Of a stretch of 64,000 bases of DNA, positions 28,873 to 38,053 are shown one piece after another (position 1 is the stretch's first letter; every line of letters starts with the position of its first letter). Where the stretch lies: the NCBI GenBank assembly GCA_026391795.1, contig JAPLDI010000049.1, positions 98,594 to 162,593 on the forward strand. The letters are read 5' to 3'. This DNA comes from Bacteroidota bacterium. GTDB taxonomy: Bacteria; Bacteroidota; Bacteroidia; Bacteroidales; FEN-979. Made by a program: the position numbers and the translations under genes. The notes under the pieces are model-generated. The model had not been told where the DNA came from, did no database searches, and worked only from the letters and a program-made list of their open reading frames with translations.

Positions 28873-29601
28873 ATGAAAAAATTCTATTTCGCCATTGTGG
28901 CTTCCCTGTTGCTTGCAAGCTTTCCTACATTCGCACAAAAAGGATTGTACTTGGGAGTTGCCGTCTCTGCCAATTCCGTCTGGATCACAAACCAGAACAA
29001 TTACGGCCTTCCTGAAATGGATTATTCCACCACTTTCGGAATGGCAGAAAATATCAATGTGGGATATGATTTTACTAATCATCTCGGTTTAAAGATTGAA
29101 TTCGGTCTCAACCGGATCGGTGAGAAATATCACGATACAAAAGACACTATTACCGGCATGGAAACCTTTGCCCGGGAAGTCAAACTGGATTATTTTAACA
29201 TTCCCGTATTGTTCAAGTACAGGACAGGAGGAAAAATTGTAAAGTTCTATGTAGCTGTGGGTCCCCAGTTCAATTTCCTGCGCACGGCAACCCAGACCTA
29301 TACGAAGGATGGGGTGCCTTTTTCAACAGTGTTGACTAATCTTGCAGGAAAAAAATTCGATGCCGGCGCAGAGGATATCAAGGATCGTTATAACGCAATG
29401 GACATTGTCGCAAGAATGGATCTCGGGATTAACATTATGATCATCCAGCACCTGATGATCGACTTCGGATTTACCTGCGGTTATGGCTTAAAGGACTTGA
29501 ACGCATCCGATTACAAGATGGGTGATTTCTCTTCGGGTGTTTATCATCCTTCACACAGCGTTTTTGGTGGTCTTACCCTTGGAGTAGGATGGCATTTCTA
29601 A
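28873..29601 (+). CDS. Outer-membrane beta-barrel protein (OmpW/PorT-like porin family)
   Basis: Signal peptide present. Alternating amphipathic strands. Terminal aromatic residue (GVGWHF). Confidence 0.65.
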   Translation: MKKFYFAIVASLLLASFPTFAQKGLYLGVAVSANSVWITNQNNYGLPEMDYSTTFGMAENINVGYDFTNHLGLKIEFGLNRIGEKYHDTKDTITGMETFAREVKLDYFNIPVLFKYRTGGKIVKFYVAVGPQFNFLRTATQTYTKDGVPFSTVLTNLAGKKFDAGAEDIKDRYNAMDIVARMDLGINIMIIQHLMIDFGFTCGYGLKDLNASDYKMGDFSSGVYHPSHSVFGGLTLGVGWHF

Positions 29602-29624
29602 GAGATTGTGAAAATCAATTATAA

Positions 29625-29657
29625 AAAAGAGGTAGCCGAAAGCTGCCTCTTTTTTTA
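29625..29657 (+). terminator. Rho-independent terminator between convergent genes
   Basis: agaggtagc-cgaaa-gctgcctct stem with one G-U pair, followed by T7 and preceded by A6. It could act in both directions. Confidence 0.6.
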
Positions 29658-29721
29658 TCCTTCCCTGAACCATTAATAAAATCAGATAATACAGAAGTTT
29701 TTGTTTTATCTCAGGGCTGGA

Positions 29722-31185
29722 TCACCGGTTCAGTCCCATTTTGAAATAATTCAGGAAAAACTGGGGAAGCTGTTCTGGCCCAAGTCGTTTTGCGATGATC
29801 TCTTTCCGGCTGTTGAGGATATACATTACCGGAGTAGTGGAAACATCGTACTGATCATGATAGTCGCCGGTCAGCGTGCGGGGACCATCAACATTGATCC
29901 AGTCCATCTTTTTCTTCCTGATGGATGTTTTCCATTTGACGAGTGATGAATCGATGCAGATGGAAAATATCTTCAACCCCAGGGAATCCTTTTGTTTTTC
30001 ATAGAAATCCTTCATTTTTGGTATCTCTTCCTCGCAATGCCCGCAATCGGGCGACCAGAAAAAGATGATCAGGTAATTTGATTTGACCGAATACATTGAT
30101 ACTGGCTGGTTGTTTGTATCAAGCATAACCATGTTCGGGGCGATCTGTCCGATCAGCAGAGGCCTGAGGCGGTTGGCCTTTTTTATCAGGTTCTCCACAA
30201 CCACCGGCCGTTCCCAGGTCGCCTGATGCATGAGGTAATAGGTGTCGACTACATGTACGAAAATTTTATCAAACCCCATGATCTCTGAATTTTCTGAGTG
30301 ATAGGTGGCATACCAGACCAGGTATTTGAACATCTCCGGGTTAGGACGGGCCTTTTCAATCAGGATGTCGGTTTCCTTTATCAGGGTATCAGGGTTCTGG
30401 TAAAGGATTTTATCAAAATATTTCTTCAGTTTATTGTCAAATACCGGTGTCCGCAAAAGCCGGTCATCGGTGAAATCGGTTCCATCCCAGAAGTGTGCTT
30501 TGATGTAATGGTAAGCAAAGGTTGAATCCTTCCTCCCGTTTGGAAGTATGGGAATCTCCGGTACTTCCGGTTCACGCATGGCATTGATAAGAAATGCCAC
30601 AAAAGTAGAAGGCTGTTTCTCGGCAATATCCAGTTTGTAGCGAATAATATCCTTGCTGATGGCTTCCGACTGTTCATTGATAAGCTTGATGGAATCATTG
30701 CTGGTTTTTCCCCGGACAATGCGCTTTTGCAATGCCTGGATCTCATTGTATCTGGTTTTGTTGTATTTCAGGTAGTCATAAAACAGACGGTTATCGGGAG
30801 AACCTGTAATCACCATCTTTCCGGAAAGGTCCATCCGGTCAGTTTCCATGCTGAATTTCCTGTCGTTATTGATAATGAATTCAAAATAACTCTTATCGTT
30901 GATCACCGCCAGGTATATTCCTTTAGGGTAATCAGCACTGGCTTTAAAAGAGAACCTTCCCGCTGCGTCCACCTTTACCGTGTCTTTTACATAAGTCCCG
31001 CTGCCGTAATAAGTGGCGATAAGGCAGATCGTATCTTTCATCCCCTTTACCTGGAACCTGATCAGGTATCCGTCATTTGCCGCTTTCACCAATGTGAAAA
31101 TTGCCGGCCACAGGGTTAGAAAAAGAAGGAGAAGGACTCGTTTAAAAATTCTGATACTATTGATGTTCATCACGGAGAAGGTCAT
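29722..31185 (-). CDS. TlpA/ResA-like thiol:disulfide oxidoreductase with long N-terminal domains
   Basis: Signal/anchor sequence present. C-terminal thioredoxin fold with FFWSPDCGHCEEE (CxxC). Confidence 0.7.
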   Translation of the reverse strand: MTFSVMNINSIRIFKRVLLLLFLTLWPAIFTLVKAANDGYLIRFQVKGMKDTICLIATYYGSGTYVKDTVKVDAAGRFSFKASADYPKGIYLAVINDKSYFEFIINNDRKFSMETDRMDLSGKMVITGSPDNRLFYDYLKYNKTRYNEIQALQKRIVRGKTSNDSIKLINEQSEAISKDIIRYKLDIAEKQPSTFVAFLINAMREPEVPEIPILPNGRKDSTFAYHYIKAHFWDGTDFTDDRLLRTPVFDNKLKKYFDKILYQNPDTLIKETDILIEKARPNPEMFKYLVWYATYHSENSEIMGFDKIFVHVVDTYYLMHQATWERPVVVENLIKKANRLRPLLIGQIAPNMVMLDTNNQPVSMYSVKSNYLIIFFWSPDCGHCEEEIPKMKDFYEKQKDSLGLKIFSICIDSSLVKWKTSIRKKKMDWINVDGPRTLTGDYHDQYDVSTTPVMYILNSRKEIIAKRLGPEQLPQFFLNYFKMGLNR

Positions 31186-32704
31186 TGATTGTTTTTACAG
31201 GGTTGAAGGTTGCCAGGGGAACTTCAACAAACAGGGTGATCCATCCCGCCATTGATCCGTTCCACAGACCAGGCAGCTCCTGGGCTTTTAATGTCCGGCC
31301 GCCACTCGATTTAACGGAGATAAAACCGGTTGTGTTATCTACAAATTCATAAAGGTTGAAAGGGTTGCCTTTATAATCCGTTGTACAGCAGACAAGGTCA
31401 ACCGGGTTGAAATGTGTGGAAGCTCCGAATACCGAGGTTTGTGCTTTATTGCTCATGTCTACCTGCGAAGATTCCACGATCTGCAGGGAGGGTGAACCAT
31501 CAGGTCCGGCAACCCAGAAAGGTCCTCCACCAGGTTCTCCTGCATTCTTTACCATGCCGCATATACGTATCGGACGATTCAGTTCAGCAGCAAGAATCCT
31601 GCATTGAGTCTCTTCAGGTTGTTTTTCAAACCCTGGCGGAAGTGATACCAGGTTGTCTGAACCTGTAAGAGTTGTTATTTCCCGGATCTCTTCTCCGGTA
31701 ATTTTTCCGGATTCACATTTCCTGAGAAAATCGAAAATAATCCTTCGTATCTGAAGCAGGTAACCGCCGATGAGCTTTTTGTTTTCCAGGGTTGCTGCTT
31801 TGATATGGTCGGGTACAATGTTGTCAATGTTTTTAATAAATATCACATCAGCCTCCAAGTCATTCAGGTTTGACAGGAGTGCCCCGTGTCCGGCAGGCCT
31901 GAAAAGAAGTTTTCCATCAGGGTTCCTGAAGGGAGTGTTGGCTTCATCAACTGCGAGGGTATCGGTTGATGATTTTTGAACAGAATGGCTGATGTTGAGA
32001 CGAGTATGGAAGCGGGACTCATATTTTTCCCTGACAGAAAGGACCTTTTCATTAAACTTTTCAATGTGCTCGGGGGAGATGGTGAAATGAATTTTTGAAA
32101 CTTCATTCCGGTCGCGGGTGTAGTTTGCTGATTCAACCAGGTGCTCTTCCAGTGCAGTTCTCGGACCGTCTTCATAAGCATGAAACAGGAGCAAGGCCTT
32201 TGGCAATGAGGCATAGTTCAATCCTTTTCCTGTGAGTAGATGATCGAGGATTGGGGCCAGTTCCCGCTTTGCCAAGAGGGTTTCAATCTCAGTTCCGCCG
32301 CTCTTAACAGAGTGCGCAAGGTCATTAAAAAATGCAAAACGGGTAAGGTTCAGAAAAAAGTTAGAGGCTGAATTGAAGCCTGTGTCAGACAAGCACACTT
32401 CAGCAAGTTCATTGTTATCTCTCATTGCCTCCCGCAATTCGAACAGATGCTTGAACATCCTGCTGGCAGCTCCTGAAGCAGGAACAAATTTTAAGACCCG
32501 CAGGTCAGGGGATTGCTCCTCATAGAGTTTTACCAGCTCATTTTTTTTCTCCAGGCTGAATGTGATGATCCCGTCATTCAATATGGCTGGCCGGATAAGC
32601 CGGATAAAAGGAAATCCCGTCCGAAAATTATTCAACTGGTTTTCAATCATTTTCAGCGGTATTCCTTTTTCTTCGATCTGATAAAGATCGGCCGGTTGCA
32701 ACAT
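31157..32704 (-). CDS. DUF4301-like protein (sugar-1-phosphate nucleotidylyltransferase-like motifs)
   Basis: 515 aa. The N-terminus ...IEEKGIPLKMIENQLNNFRTGFPF, PASGAASRMFK and FRPAGHGALL resemble what I recall of DUF4301 and UGPase-like proteins. Confidence 0.5.
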   Translation of the reverse strand: MLQPADLYQIEEKGIPLKMIENQLNNFRTGFPFIRLIRPAILNDGIITFSLEKKNELVKLYEEQSPDLRVLKFVPASGAASRMFKHLFELREAMRDNNELAEVCLSDTGFNSASNFFLNLTRFAFFNDLAHSVKSGGTEIETLLAKRELAPILDHLLTGKGLNYASLPKALLLFHAYEDGPRTALEEHLVESANYTRDRNEVSKIHFTISPEHIEKFNEKVLSVREKYESRFHTRLNISHSVQKSSTDTLAVDEANTPFRNPDGKLLFRPAGHGALLSNLNDLEADVIFIKNIDNIVPDHIKAATLENKKLIGGYLLQIRRIIFDFLRKCESGKITGEEIREITTLTGSDNLVSLPPGFEKQPEETQCRILAAELNRPIRICGMVKNAGEPGGGPFWVAGPDGSPSLQIVESSQVDMSNKAQTSVFGASTHFNPVDLVCCTTDYKGNPFNLYEFVDNTTGFISVKSSGGRTLKAQELPGLWNGSMAGWITLFVEVPLATFNPVKTINDLLRDEHQ

Positions 32705-32720
32705 GACCCTGAATTTTTAA

Positions 32721-32728
32721 TAACTTTG
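32721..32728 (+). promoter_or_regulatory. -7 box TAACTTTG upstream of the S8 peptidase gene
   Basis: Matches TAnnTTTG, 19 nt before the ATG at 32747. Confidence 0.5.
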
Positions 32729-32746
32729 ACAAAATTATCGTAAAAA

Positions 32747-34420
32747 ATGAAGCAGATTGTAACCACGGTATTATTTTTCCTTGTGATTATGGGTTTTTCA
32801 CAGATACCACAGAAATATTTCGTTGCTTTCACTGATAAAAACGGAACTCCTTATTCAATCAATAATCCGCAGGCTTTCCTTACGCAAAGGGCCATCGATA
32901 GGAGGGCAGCTCAGGGAATTGCGGTTGTTGAAGAGGATTTACCGGTAAACCCGGCCTATGTGAATGCAGTCGCAGCTACGGGTGTCCAGGTTTTTACAGT
33001 GAGCAAATGGTTTAACGGAGTCACCATTAGGGTTGTCGACACTGCGGTATTGGCTTCGATAAGGGCACTTCCGTATGTTCAAAACATCCTGAGGGTTTCT
33101 TCCTACAATTCGAAAAAATCCACAGTGGGTGACTGGAAATTCAGACAGGAAGAAGGATTAAACGCGTCAGGAGGGAAGAACGGCAGCAAGTCTCCAAATA
33201 CTCCAACCTCCTATGATTACGGCCCCTCCTATAATCAGATCCATATGCTTAACGGGGATGTCCTGCATAACCTTGGATACCGCGGACAAGGTAAGGTCAT
33301 TGCAGTTCTGGATGCAGGGTTTCTTGATGCCGATAACAATGCTACTTTCGATAGTCTCAGGGCATTTAGCCAGATTCTTGGTACCCGTGATTTCGTTAAC
33401 CCGGGTGGCAATGTCTACTTAGAGCATTACCATGGAGCTGCTGTATTGTCTACGATGGGAGGAAATACGCCCGGCGAACTGATCGGAACCGCCCCTAAGG
33501 CATCTTACTGGTTGATCAGGACTGAAGATGCAAATACAGAAAATATTGTCGAAGAATATAACTGGGTTGTGGGAGCGGAAATGGCCGACAGCGTTGGTGC
33601 TGATATTATCAACTCATCACTCGGATATACCTTGTTTGACAACGACTGGATGGATCATTCCTTTGCTGATATGAACGGACATACTACTCCCTCGGCAAGG
33701 GGTGCCAACATAGCAGCCAGCAAAGGAATGGCGCTCAGTATCAGTGCCGGAAATGAAGGCGGTTCAGCCTGGATCACTATAAGCGCACCATCCGATGCGC
33801 TGGATGCATTGAGCATTGGCGCTGTTGATGAGTTTGGCAATTATGCCTCTTTCAGTTCTGCTGGTACCGTCAACGGAGGTTTTGTGAAGCCCAATATCGC
33901 TACCCAGGGTATGAATTGTTACGTGGGTTATCCCGGCGGTTCTTTTGGGTATGGCAGCGGGACTTCGTTTGCTTCGCCTATTAATGCAGGCATGATGGCC
34001 TGTTTATGGCAGGCAAAACCCAACTTTAACCAGTCTGTCCTCAGGATGGTCATTCAGCAGAGTGCAAGCCAATTTACACATCCGGATTCCCTTCTGGGAT
34101 ATGGAATTCCTGATTATTCGTATGCGCTCCTTCTAACTTCAGCGGGCACTCGCGGAAAATCCAGCTGTATGGCGTATCCGAATCCTTTTACAGATGCCTT
34201 TAAAATAAGCTTTGATGGCAATACAACGGGTACTGCAGAAATCACCCTTTTTTCTCTGACCGGAGACATCGTCCTGAGAACAAACAGGTTAGTTAACACA
34301 GAGGCAGGAGATAGCATTACCATAAATGATCTTGTTAACCTTGCACCGGGTATGTATATCATAAGAATCACTTCGGGAAATAACACAGAGTATCTTCACC
34401 TTGTGAAAGTCGCGAAATAG
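32747..34420 (+). CDS. S8 (subtilisin-like) serine peptidase with T9SS C-terminal domain
   Basis: Catalytic triad contexts VIAVLDAGF, HGAAVLS and GTSFASP. C-terminus is AYPNPFTDAFKI...GMYIIRI...HLVKVAK. Confidence 0.9.
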   Translation: MKQIVTTVLFFLVIMGFSQIPQKYFVAFTDKNGTPYSINNPQAFLTQRAIDRRAAQGIAVVEEDLPVNPAYVNAVAATGVQVFTVSKWFNGVTIRVVDTAVLASIRALPYVQNILRVSSYNSKKSTVGDWKFRQEEGLNASGGKNGSKSPNTPTSYDYGPSYNQIHMLNGDVLHNLGYRGQGKVIAVLDAGFLDADNNATFDSLRAFSQILGTRDFVNPGGNVYLEHYHGAAVLSTMGGNTPGELIGTAPKASYWLIRTEDANTENIVEEYNWVVGAEMADSVGADIINSSLGYTLFDNDWMDHSFADMNGHTTPSARGANIAASKGMALSISAGNEGGSAWITISAPSDALDALSIGAVDEFGNYASFSSAGTVNGGFVKPNIATQGMNCYVGYPGGSFGYGSGTSFASPINAGMMACLWQAKPNFNQSVLRMVIQQSASQFTHPDSLLGYGIPDYSYALLLTSAGTRGKSSCMAYPNPFTDAFKISFDGNTTGTAEITLFSLTGDIVLRTNRLVNTEAGDSITINDLVNLAPGMYIIRITSGNNTEYLHLVKVAK

Positions 34421-34423
34421 GAA

Positions 34424-34450
34424 AAACGGCTGGTGAAAGAGCCGCTTTTC
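34424..34450 (+). terminator. Weak hairpin + T-rich tail after the S8 gene
   Basis: cggct-ggtgaaag-agccg, followed by cttttcc. The stem is only 5 bp. Confidence 0.3.
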
Positions 34451-34474
34451 CTGCTTTCAGATAATACCTCAAAC

Positions 34475-35229
34475 TTAATTGTTGCACACGAGTGTACCAT
34501 CTTCCTTGAGCCTGACATATTTATGCTTTGGTCATTGAACAGGTAGATTGTATACTGCAGCCTTGTATCGGCCATGGTAAAGAGTTCACCCCTGTCGCAA
34601 ACCTGGTAGGCAGCGAAGTTAGCGGTAATGTAATCTTTTACTGCTTGCAGTACTTCAGTATACCGGATTCTTTGTGCCCATAACAGCTAATTGTTGAAAA
34701 CATCGAAAACCGCTTTCTTTGGTTCCGCTCCCAGCATCCCAGGCATTACCACAATCATGGGACCTTCCGGACAAATTGAATCCGGTACAGCGTGCCGGAT
34801 CGTATACCCCGGAAATTTGTTGTGTTAAGGAAGTAATCGTTACAGACATGGAATCAATCGGGGTCCCATGTCCGGGGCCGCCGTTATGACCTCCTCCATG
34901 ATGACCGTGACCTCATGTGTGGTATCCCCGCAGATGGTGTTACCATCAGGTGGCCCTCCATTGAAATTCAATCCGTCGCCGAGAAAATCACCATTCTGCG
35001 TAAAAGCAAGTTCTTCAGCAGTATTTAGTGTCACAATATACCTGGCGTTGCTGTTTTTCAGCACCACAACGTAATCAATGCTTGCGTCAGGATAATTGCT
35101 GTCGATGTAAGCAGTAGCCATCAGCGGAAGGCTTACTGACGATGTCGACTGTGTTGATGTGGTTTGATCCTTTTTACAGGCAGTCATTCCTGCAACAATG
35201 ACCAGCATAAAAATCATGATCTTCTTCAT
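34475..35229 (-). pseudogene. Frame-disrupted lipoprotein gene (PepSY-like repeats, tentative) with a His/Gly-rich tract
   Basis: The intact 5' part is MKKIMIFMLVIVAGMTAC... (35229 down to ~34915). Plausible coding then switches frame (GHGHHGGGHNGGPGHGTPIDSMSVTITSLTQ) and returns to the first frame (NKFPGYTIRHAV..., then ..EVLQAVKDYITANFAAYQV...GTLVCNN*). In-frame TAA/TAG stops lie between these pieces. Confidence 0.45.
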
Positions 35230-35289
35230 AAGTACCTGTATTTTTGTTTTTACCTGCATTATCGCATTCCGGTATTGCGTCCTTCTCAC

Positions 35290-36168
35290 TCAGGATTAAA
35301 AAAACGGAAGTACAGTTTTTTCAAAAGCAGTTTATTATTACTCTTTTTCTAAAATCCAGTTTCTGACAATTGATTGCCTGATGAGAAAATTATTTTGTAA
35401 TTCATTTCTACCCAGAGGAGGGGCGACCGGTTTTGAAGAATCTGTCCTTATACACAATTCATCTCCCGTTTATCTTCTGAATTGGATACAATTAAAAAAT
35501 CATTTCCAATAATACAAATGTTACAAATGTCAATTGTAAACAATTCGAATTACAGAAGTAATATATACATCATTCCGGATTAATATTAACTCCCAGATTC
35601 ATTTGAACTTAAACATAGATCTTTGTAATACATTGTTTTAATGATACTTTTAAAAAAATCGTTCATTGTCCTGGTTAGCTATAATAGATCATTAAAGGAA
35701 GGTCTAAATGGAGTAAGGATGATTTGCTACAACGATAAACCCAAAGTGTAATCACTTATGGTTACAAATGTAATTACTATTGTAACCATAATTATTTCCA
35801 ATGAAGTCAGGGGATGGAGTCAATAATTAATTATTAACACTTTTAATTTTAAGGAGTTAAATATATTTTGACTTCAACTGCAAGAGGTACAATCTAATTA
35901 GCAGGGATAGGAGTGTTAGGCAGCCTTATTATAGAATAACCTGCCTGAAAAGGTCAATGAGCAGATAAGCAAATGGATAGAGCATGTTTTGTCGGAAATG
36001 GACGGATGTAAACAAAGATTATTAATTATTTATAAATAATTTATAACCAAATCAATACCATGATTATTTAAAGTAATAGTTTAATAATTTAAATTTGTAT
36101 ACATTATTAAATGTAAACTTGAGTATTTCGGTTTAGTTTGTTACTTTTGTTATCTTATTTTTCCAAAA
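35290..36168. other. ~880-bp AT-rich non-coding region with several palindromes (no ORF of 60 aa or more on either strand)
   Basis: No tracked ORF. Inverted repeats at 35521-35539, 35758-35789, 35822-35835 and 36025-36040. The 10-mer ttacaaatgt occurs twice. Confidence 0.8.
36142..36149 (+). promoter_or_regulatory. -7 box TACTTTTG upstream of the HTH gene
   Basis: Matches TAnnTTTG, 20 nt before the ATG at 36169. Confidence 0.5.
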
Positions 36169-36684
36169 ATGACTGACAGGATTCTTTCCATAATTAAATA
36201 CTTTAACTTGTCACCCTCTGATTTTGCAGAAGAAATCGGGGTACAACGATCGAGTATATCCCACCTCATATCAGGACGAAATAAACCGAGTCTTGAATTC
36301 ATTCAGAAAATATTGCAACGTTTTCCTGAGATCAATTCTGAGTGGATGCTGAGTGGAAATGGTGAAATGGTTAAAGCCGGACTGTCCCCGCAACCGGGTA
36401 CTCTGCCCTTTGAAAGCTTATCTGGGAAATTAAATGAAGAAACGGAACCTGTGAAACGTGAATTTATCAAGCCTCCTGCACGAAAAAAACTTGCCGAGAC
36501 GGAAGAAAGACAGGTCGAAAAGAGGACAGTTCCAGGCTTGAGAAGAAGAAGTTTCCTTCAATCGCGGCATTTTCATTGCTATCTGAACCATGAACGGCAT
36601 TCTCCTGAACATTTTTTGCATACTTTTTCCGGATGGTTCCTTCCGCCGCCTTTGCAGGATCTGTCGCCCCAATTAAGGTTCTGA
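36169..36684 (+). CDS. XRE-type helix-turn-helix protein (3' end doubtful)
   Basis: The N-terminus [49 protein letters not shown] is a clear HTH. The last ~70 codons run antisense through ndk and look like non-protein sequence. Confidence 0.65.
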   Translation: MTDRILSIIKYFNLSPSDFAEEIGVQRSSISHLISGRNKPSLEFIQKILQRFPEINSEWMLSGNGEMVKAGLSPQPGTLPFESLSGKLNEETEPVKREFIKPPARKKLAETEERQVEKRTVPGLRRRSFLQSRHFHCYLNHERHSPEHFLHTFSGWFLPPPLQDLSPQLRF

Positions 36685-36940
36685 AATCCTCCACTGCATT
36701 GTTCTTTTCGAGGATGGCAGCAATGATAGGTCCAGAGGACATAAAGCCTACCAGGTCATTATAGAACGGACGCTCCTTATGCACTTCATAAAATTTACCA
36801 GCCTGTTGCGCGGTCAGTTGTGTCATCTTCATGGCAACGATCCGGAATCCTGCTTCCTGGATCATTGCAAGGATGGCTCCTGCAACTCCATCGGCCACAG
36901 TACTGGGTTTGATCATCGTAAAAGTTCTCATTTCAGACAT
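36467..36940 (-). CDS. ndk: Nucleoside-diphosphate kinase
   Basis: [13 protein letters not shown] and NAVHGSDS (active-site His) motifs. It has a C-terminal extension of roughly 20 aa compared with the typical ~140-aa Ndk. Confidence 0.9.
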   Translation of the reverse strand: MSEMRTFTMIKPSTVADGVAGAILAMIQEAGFRIVAMKMTQLTAQQAGKFYEVHKERPFYNDLVGFMSSGPIIAAILEKNNAVEDFRTLIGATDPAKAAEGTIRKKYAKNVQENAVHGSDSNENAAIEGNFFFSSLELSSFRPVFLPSRQVFFVQEA

Positions 36941-37002
36941 GGTTGAGATGTTAATTATTTCCTGTTTTGGAGCGCAAAATTACGAAATACCGATGAATTC
37001 TT

Positions 37003-37010
37003 TAACTTTG
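37003..37010 (+). promoter_or_regulatory. -7 box TAACTTTG upstream of nrnA-like gene
   Basis: Matches TAnnTTTG, 24 nt before the TTG start at 37034. Confidence 0.45.
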
Positions 37011-37033
37011 TTGCCTTATCTGAAATAAAGCAC

Positions 37034-38053
37034 TTGCAAAAAGAAGAACTCACTAACATTATCAACCTTCTCTCTACACCAAGGAAGATTGTAATTACTG
37101 CACATACCAATCCCGACGGGGATGCAATCGGTTCCGGACTGGCCATGTATGGTTATCTTCAAAAGAAAGGACATGATGTCATGTTCATGATACCGGATCC
37201 GGATCCTGAATTTCTGCACTGGATGCCTTTTCACTCCTTGATCATGGTTTACCGCGATCAGCAGGAGTTGTGCCTTGAAGCTATAAAAAAGGCGGAGGTC
37301 ATATTTTGTCTGGATTATAATAGTCTTGGGCGCCTGGGCAGAGCCGAAGAACCTGTTCGAAACAGCAACGCTGCTAAGATCCTGATTGATCATCACCGGG
37401 ATCCTGCTCCTGATTTTGATTATATTCTTTCAATTATTGAAACCTCCTCGACCAGTGAGCTTGTCTATGATTTTATTTCGGCATGCGGGGATGCAGAAAT
37501 GATCGATCAAGATATTGCTGCTTGTATCTATGCGGGTATCATCACCGATACAGGATCATTCAGTTATTCCTGCAACTACGAGAAAACCTACCTGATCACT
37601 GCCGATCTTTACCGTAAAGGCATTGATGGAGAACACATCCACCGGCATGTTTACGATACATACTCCGAAGGCCGGCTCAGGCTACTGGGGTATTCTATCA
37701 GTGAAAAACTTGTTGTTCTGAAGGAATATCACACGGCTTACATTTATCTTTCCAAGGAGGATCTCGACCGGTTTAACTACCAGGTTGGTGACACCGAAGA
37801 CATTGTAAACTATGGCCTGTCAGTGGCCGGGATAAATCTTGCCGCACTTTTCACTGAGCGGGATGGTGTCGTAAGGATTTCACTTCGTTCAAAGGGAAAT
37901 TTCTCTGTGAATGATATTGCCCGTAAGTATTTTAACGGCGGGGGGCATGTCAACGCTGCCGGTGCCAACAGTACAATATCCCTGGAAGAGACTGTGCGCA
38001 TCTTCGTGGAAATGCTGCCGGATTACAAGGAAAAGCTAACGTCAGTGTATTGA
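37034..38053 (+). CDS. nrnA: DHH-family phosphoesterase (oligoribonuclease/pAp phosphatase NrnA-like)
   Basis: HTNPDGDAIGS, LIDHHRD and GGGHVNAAG (DHHA1) motifs. Confidence 0.8.
   Translation: MQKEELTNIINLLSTPRKIVITAHTNPDGDAIGSGLAMYGYLQKKGHDVMFMIPDPDPEFLHWMPFHSLIMVYRDQQELCLEAIKKAEVIFCLDYNSLGRLGRAEEPVRNSNAAKILIDHHRDPAPDFDYILSIIETSSTSELVYDFISACGDAEMIDQDIAACIYAGIITDTGSFSYSCNYEKTYLITADLYRKGIDGEHIHRHVYDTYSEGRLRLLGYSISEKLVVLKEYHTAYIYLSKEDLDRFNYQVGDTEDIVNYGLSVAGINLAALFTERDGVVRISLRSKGNFSVNDIARKYFNGGGHVNAAGANSTISLEETVRIFVEMLPDYKEKLTSVY

Noticed and set aside
34755-34775. GTCCGGAAGG on the minus strand, resembling the SRP RNA conserved helix 8 motif
   Set aside because: The match stops after GGAAGG and no flanking helix can be drawn. 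The region reads better as part of the decayed lipoprotein gene.
35290-36168. AT-rich region as chromosomal replication origin
   Set aside because: I found no TTATCCACA-like DnaA boxes and no dnaA, dnaN or gid genes nearby. The palindromes look more like operator sites.
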